A DNA stretch of 62,962 nucleotides, counting the filler, from Lenisia limosa (Eukaryota > Protista > Breviatea): the NCBI GenBank assembly GCA_001655205.1. It is 7 parts of 7 records of this genome, joined end to end, with 100 filler letters (N's around TTAATTAATTAA, not from the genome) between each part and the next. Parts side by side here need not be neighbours in the genome. Positions count along the whole stretch, not along the records: positions 57,750 to 62,962 come from LPNZ01003041.1; 6 more parts are not named here. The stretch is one strand, 5' to 3'. A program made the position numbers and the translations under genes. This document shows, one piece after another, positions 57,860 to 62,962 of the stretch. The notes under the pieces are model-generated. The model did not search any database and was not told the origin of the DNA. It worked only from the letters and a program-made list of their open reading frames with translations. Numbering within the stretch: the first letter of the stretch is position 1; each line of letters starts with the position of its first letter.

Positions 57860-60643
57860 ATCGCCCTTCAACAAGCCCTCCTACAGAAACCTTGGGGGTC
57901 AGCTTCTGGACGACAGAGATGGAAGCGACACCGGAAGAGGCCATTTTCGCCTTCATGGTGGTGAACTTGTTGCAGGCATGTGCAATACCTAAGGAGGGGG
58001 GTGGTGGTAAAAGTGTACTGAAATAAACTCCGTGGCAACATCCGATAAAATACGAGGTTGAAAACAAGAAGACAAGGCCAGTTGTTTCTCAAGCACCGCA
58101 TCCCATCAGGGGGGGGGGGTGGTAAAGGGTGACGAAAGAGAAAGCAACCATTTAATGTATTACCCTTTTATCTTGAATCAACACCACGCCCATTTACCCT
58201 AGTATATATCACATGTCCATTTACCTAGTATATCACAACTAGGACTTCACTTCGCTTCGAAAAAGACCGGTAAAATATCGATATTTATCAGGAAATTCAA
58301 CCATTTCTCGAACCGAAGTGAAGCCCTAATCACAACATCTCCCCATTACCGACATATCACAAACATGTTCATCCACTTCTCCCCATCATACCGACGTTGA
58401 AGAGAAGGGGCTTTTCGCCGAAGAGCTTTCCACTGGCGTTGGCAGCAAAAGCGGTGGCAGCGTCGTACTGGGGGGGGGGGGGNNNNNNNNNNNNNNNNNN
58501 NNNNNNNNNNNNNNNNNNNNNNNNNNNNNNNNNNNNNNNNNNNNNNNNNNNNNNNNNNNNNNNNNNNNNNNNNNNNNNNNNNNNNNNNNNNNNNNNNNGA
58601 GATAACAAATAAAAGAGTTACGATGGGGTAAATGTCACCAATGATAAAAAAACTGGTCCATTATCAGGATGCAATTAGGCCACCTTGTGTTGTGATACAT
58701 GTATATAGCAATGAGAAATAAAAAAATAAAGTTGTATCTGGCCGAAGCCGTCAACACCATCACGCTTATAAAAGATATTGGATTATAGTATATGATATGA
58801 TATTATTAATTCACCCAATCATTTGCCTTACAACTCTGTGCACACAGCTTTCTGCGTGCCCCAGCACACCTTGTGATAGAAAGAGAGCTCCTGGGACTTG
58901 CCGGAGTCCTTGCAGAGGACAGCAGCCTCGAAGGCCTTGTAGGACACGCCAACACCGTAGTCTCCCTTGGTCATCTTCTGGTTCATGACCTGCATGGGTC
59001 AGTATTGCGGATGAAATCAATAGATTTAATTCAATATCAAGAAGACATAATAATACTATATTATTTCTGACTCAAATTCAGATTTCAAGAAGATAAAATA
59101 CTATATTGTTTCCACCTATCGGGAATAATATACCTGCACCAACCACCCCTCCCCTTCCCACATTGAAGGCCATGTCAGCACCAACACGAACGGAAACGTC
59201 GTTGTACTTTCCACCAACCTATTGGGTTATTCTTCATTTTCATTGGGTAAGAAGATAAAAGGACTCCACTATCAAATCAGTAAAACTGGATAATTTATTA
59301 AACAAAACGCCCAAAATCAATTCAGTTGGCTGACAACACACGAGGGTTGATAAAAACAAAATACACAAAGTCCAGGCCAGTCGCTTCTGCAGCACCGCAT
59401 CATGGATGTCAAATAAAGGGGCTAATTGGGTCACATACCACGGGGGAAAGGGCCAAGACAGGGCTGGTAGGCTTAGAAATGGAGGCATTGAGGCTGAACA
59501 GATCGTGGGTGTAGAGAGCGTTAAATTTGGCACCCTTGAAAGAGGCCTTGCCTTCCTAATAGGGTAAGTGTCTCCTCTTTAGGAAAGCGTTTTGGCTCAA
59601 AATTTAGGCTTTACTCTGGATTTTAAAATATAAATTGCCATTTTGACTCCATAGACTTAGAGGCAAGTTTGATATGCCCCCGTAATCCCCCCCAAAAAAG
59701 ACGCCTACCTTCGCGTATTCACACATAACGGTGCATTTATCCCCTCGGTCTACAATAATAGTAAAGTACCCCTGTATCAACCAGCAGTACCTTGGCAGCA
59801 AGACCCCCCAGTACCTTGGCAGCAAGAGCGGCATCGACGTTGAGCTTGAGTCCCTTCACGAGTCCCTTGATCTCAGTTTCAACTGCGGGGTAAGGGGGGA
59901 GAGAATAATGAATGGTAAAGAAAAGCAACTCTGAATAATATCCAGGTAAGAATAAAAAAGAAAGCGGTTTAAACTGACATTTGATGTCACCCTGTGGGGT
60001 GAAGACGAAGGTGGCGTTGGAGTTGGAGCACAAGTCCGTTTTGACCTCAAATTCGCCGGAAAGAGATCCGTCAGCGGCACGCTTTACGGTGGTGTTGACT
60101 TTCTGGGGAGTTGCATAAGAAATTAAACAAATATTTATTCACCCAATCGTTTGCCTTATTAATAAGGGAAAACAAATAGAGAAACAACTTCCAATTGACA
60201 TTTATAGAAAAAAGCACCAAAAAAAGACAAAATGGATATCGATATGAGAAAAAATTCGAGCTCCGCTTGTCCCTAAAGACGTCCAGACCANNNNNNNNNN
60301 NNNNNNNNNNNNNNNNNNNNNNNNNNNNNNNNNNNNNNNNNNNNNNNNNNNNNNNNNNNNNNNNNNNNNNNNNNNNNNNNNNNNNNNNNNNNNNNNNNNN
60401 NNNNNNNNNNNNNNNNNNNNNNNNNNNNNNNNNNNNNNNNNNNNNNNNNNNNNNNNNNNNNNNNNNNNNNNNNNNNNNNNNNNNNNNNNNNNNNNNNNNN
60501 NNNNNNNNNNNNNNNNNNNNNNNNNNNNNNNATTGCTCACGTACTTCTTGTTAATGGTGTCTACACGGCGTTAGTAAAGCTCCCTAACAGAGATCCTTAC
60601 CCTTGGCAGCCTTGCCGATGTCTCCAAATTTTCCAATGGGCAT
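57860..60643 (-). CDS. VDAC: Mitochondrial outer-membrane porin (VDAC), multi-exon; 3' end unresolved
   Basis: MPIGKFGDIGKAAK|DTINKKY (40-nt intron 60561-60600 with ctaac), KVNTTVKRAADGSLSGEFEVK, VETEIKGLVKGLKLNVD, KGDYGVGVSYKAFEAAV..ELSFYHK, TTMKAKMASSGVASISVVQKLTPK. Confidence 0.85.
58240..58328. mobile_element. hAT-type MITE (family A) in a VDAC intron
   Basis: taggacttcacttcg ... cgaagtgaagcccta; 8-bp TSD atcacaac on both sides. Confidence 0.9.
59300..59405 (-). repeat. Family B dispersed repeat in a VDAC intron
   Basis: Reverse complement aligns to 55905-56020. Confidence 0.85.
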
Positions 60644-60910
60644 ATTGTAGTGTTATTCCAATAAATTGAAAGGGCAGATTCCTCGAAACAAATGGTTAAA
60701 AGGGATATAATATATTGTACCAGTACCTTTAAAAAAAAATTACAATTTTGCTCCTTTGCCTTTCTTCCTGCTGAATACCTTGAAATCATATACAGTTATA
60801 TATGTTGGTCTTATAATGTTAGTATAATTTGAACAATTCCTTTGATTGTGGTATGTAATCCACTTATTCCTCTTCCCTAAGAGCACTACGGTGCCATAGC
60901 TCGTTTAAAT

Positions 60911-62430
60911 ATGGCTTCCATAGTGAATGGAGAGAATATTGAACCGCTATCAGTCTCAGTGAGCGGACAGGAGTTCAAGGTCAACCAATTTGCTTCGAAA
61001 GTCATCTCCGCGGCCTCCAGAGTAAGCTATCTACATCATTATTTGCATGAATGCTGACAATTCAGCTGCGAAACTCGGCCAATGTTCACCTGGTTGGTGA
61101 GATGATATGATCACAAACGACTGTTTTTCTTGCTCATCAAAATTTTGGGTATTTCCCCTATTTTTGTCTTTAAACTGGTAGATTCGGGTTATTGTGTGGC
61201 AGTTCTAGGCTGGGGTAATTGGAAATGGCAGATTAAAAGATTTCTCTTTATTTCTATCAAGTTGGGTCCGTCATTTCTTCTCACTGCTGTACTCATAATT
61301 TAAGACAAATCAAACAAGGCTTTAATCAGTACACATTATTTAACACCAAATAATACGGGTAAAAAATGAATAAGGAAATGAAGCTCTTGTTCATCAGTTT
61401 TTTGGTTCCCGTCTTTTGCTCTATCTTATCGTCTTCCAGGTTGTGGGTATCCTGCTCTTTGCTTTTGGGGGCTGGGCGGCCGGACTGTTCAACATCGCCG
61501 GCGCTCTTCTCGCGTCCCATGGAGCCACATACTACAATGAGCTGCATCTGCAATTTGTGGGGGGTCTATAACTCACAACTTCAGAATCGTCTTATTAGGG
61601 TTGAGGGGATTGTGTCTGGAAAAGAAAGAGGATTTCAACTCAAGTAGTTGGATCTAAGCCATTCCTGACTCGTTTAGTATTCGTCGTTTTGCGTTATCTA
61701 CCCGATGCTCTCTTATTACACGGCCTTTATCACGGATTGGAAGGTTTGTTCCGACCGATCCTCTGACCAACATGTTCAGATTTTTTCATAACATCATTCA
61801 CTATACATCTGTTGCGAACACTATACATCTGTTACTGATATTCTGCAGTTTTCTGGAATATAATTTTGATACCTGTCTTCTTTTTAGTCCTTTCTTATAT
61901 CAAATGACCATAGGTCTTAGACTCTTGCATCAAAATCGAAACTCTGATGTAATTTGATGCTACAAAATGGGGTGCTGATCAATACCCCCCCCCCCCCNNN
62001 NNNNNNNNNNNNNNNNNNNNNNNNNNNNNNNNNNNNNNNNNNNNNNNNNNNNNNNNNNNNNNNNNNNNNNNNNNNNNNNNNNNNNNNNGGCTATCCTTAA
62101 TCTCTCCAGTCATTGTCTCTGTTGGAGGCTATCCTTAATCTCTCCAGTCATTGTCTCTTTTGGAGGCTATCCTTAACATGGTGATTATCATCTTGGTCAG
62201 TGTTGTTCTGGTAAGTGAGGGTGATTATCATCTTGGTCAGTGTTGTTCTGGTAAGTGAGGGTGGTGATTATGCATTGCCCTAGTGTTTATATCTGTCAGC
62301 TCTACAAATGAACTTGCCTGCAACAATGGATAGATTACCGTGGATTGTGTGCTCATTTTGCAGACGTTTTCCCGCCAACAGGCTGAAGTACTCAAGAACT
62401 ACATTGCTGTCATCGGAGTATTCACAGGTG
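60911..62430 (+). CDS. Unidentified multi-exon gene divergent from VDAC (fragmentary)
   Basis: MASIVNGENIEPLSVSVSGQEFKVNQFASKVISAASR|gtaag..ctgac..cag|LRNSANVHLV; later hydrophobic exons (VIIILVSVVL; TFSRQQAEVLKNYIAVIGVFT). Confidence 0.35.
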
Positions 62431-62962
62431 TGAAAGGGTATTTAGCATAATGATGGGTGTGAGGTGGTGGTAAAATGAATTAGAAAACTGTGTGACCATT
62501 TCAAATCTGAACTCGGGGAAGTACTTTTTATAACTGAACAAAATTGAGTAAATGAAAGAATTGTGAAAAGTTCTTTTCAATTGTTGAAGAAATAACGCTT
62601 TAGATTTGGAAGCGCAGGTACCCCAGGTACTGACCTCGGCCATTCTGAATGCGTCAGGCTTGAATAGTGCAACTAGTGGGGGGTATGGTTTAAGTGGCCG
62701 TAGTGAAAAGGCGCAATGAATGAATAATGATCAAGTGAAATACGGCTTAGCTAAACCAGAATAAAACCTCGGAGTTTAAGCATTCTTCCATGGGCAAGAC
62801 TACTTTTGACCAAAATTCATGGATTTGGGGCTCGGTTAAGATTATGTAATGAATCCGGTTTAGAGACCTACTTTAAATGGGAAAATGTTGTTCTGGATAT
62901 GTTAGTATATTTCACTTCATAAATTTTCCCATTTTACTGGTACGCTGGAGTGAAGGGCGCTG

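Overview
Eukaryotic (probably protist) nuclear scaffold with many N gaps, spliceosomal introns and apparently the standard code (TAG and TGA both end conserved genes). Recognisable genes: eRF1 (minus), AP-3 mu adaptin spread over 12 kb by TE-filled introns, two ankyrin-repeat genes, tRNA-Thr(CGT), a GCN2-type eIF2-alpha kinase with HisRS-like domain, and VDAC/porin. Mobile DNA: a spliced Mutator-like element, a spliced pogo-like element, a hAT-type MITE family with 8-bp TSDs and other dispersed repeats. Main observation: eRF1 and AP-3 mu contain 11 tiny (21-33 nt) introns. Six of them can only be removed as GT...TG introns, with no AG acceptor available, yet restore conserved full-length proteins. 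All 11 carry an A 5-6 nt from the 3' end, suggesting a branch-point-anchored ruler mode of 3' splice-site choice that needs only a terminal G. The eRF1 also has TASHIKN in place of TASNIKS, and both tiny-intron genes share a near-identical 57-bp element just upstream of their ATGs. All gene models were built by hand from remembered protein-family motifs, without database searches or RNA data.
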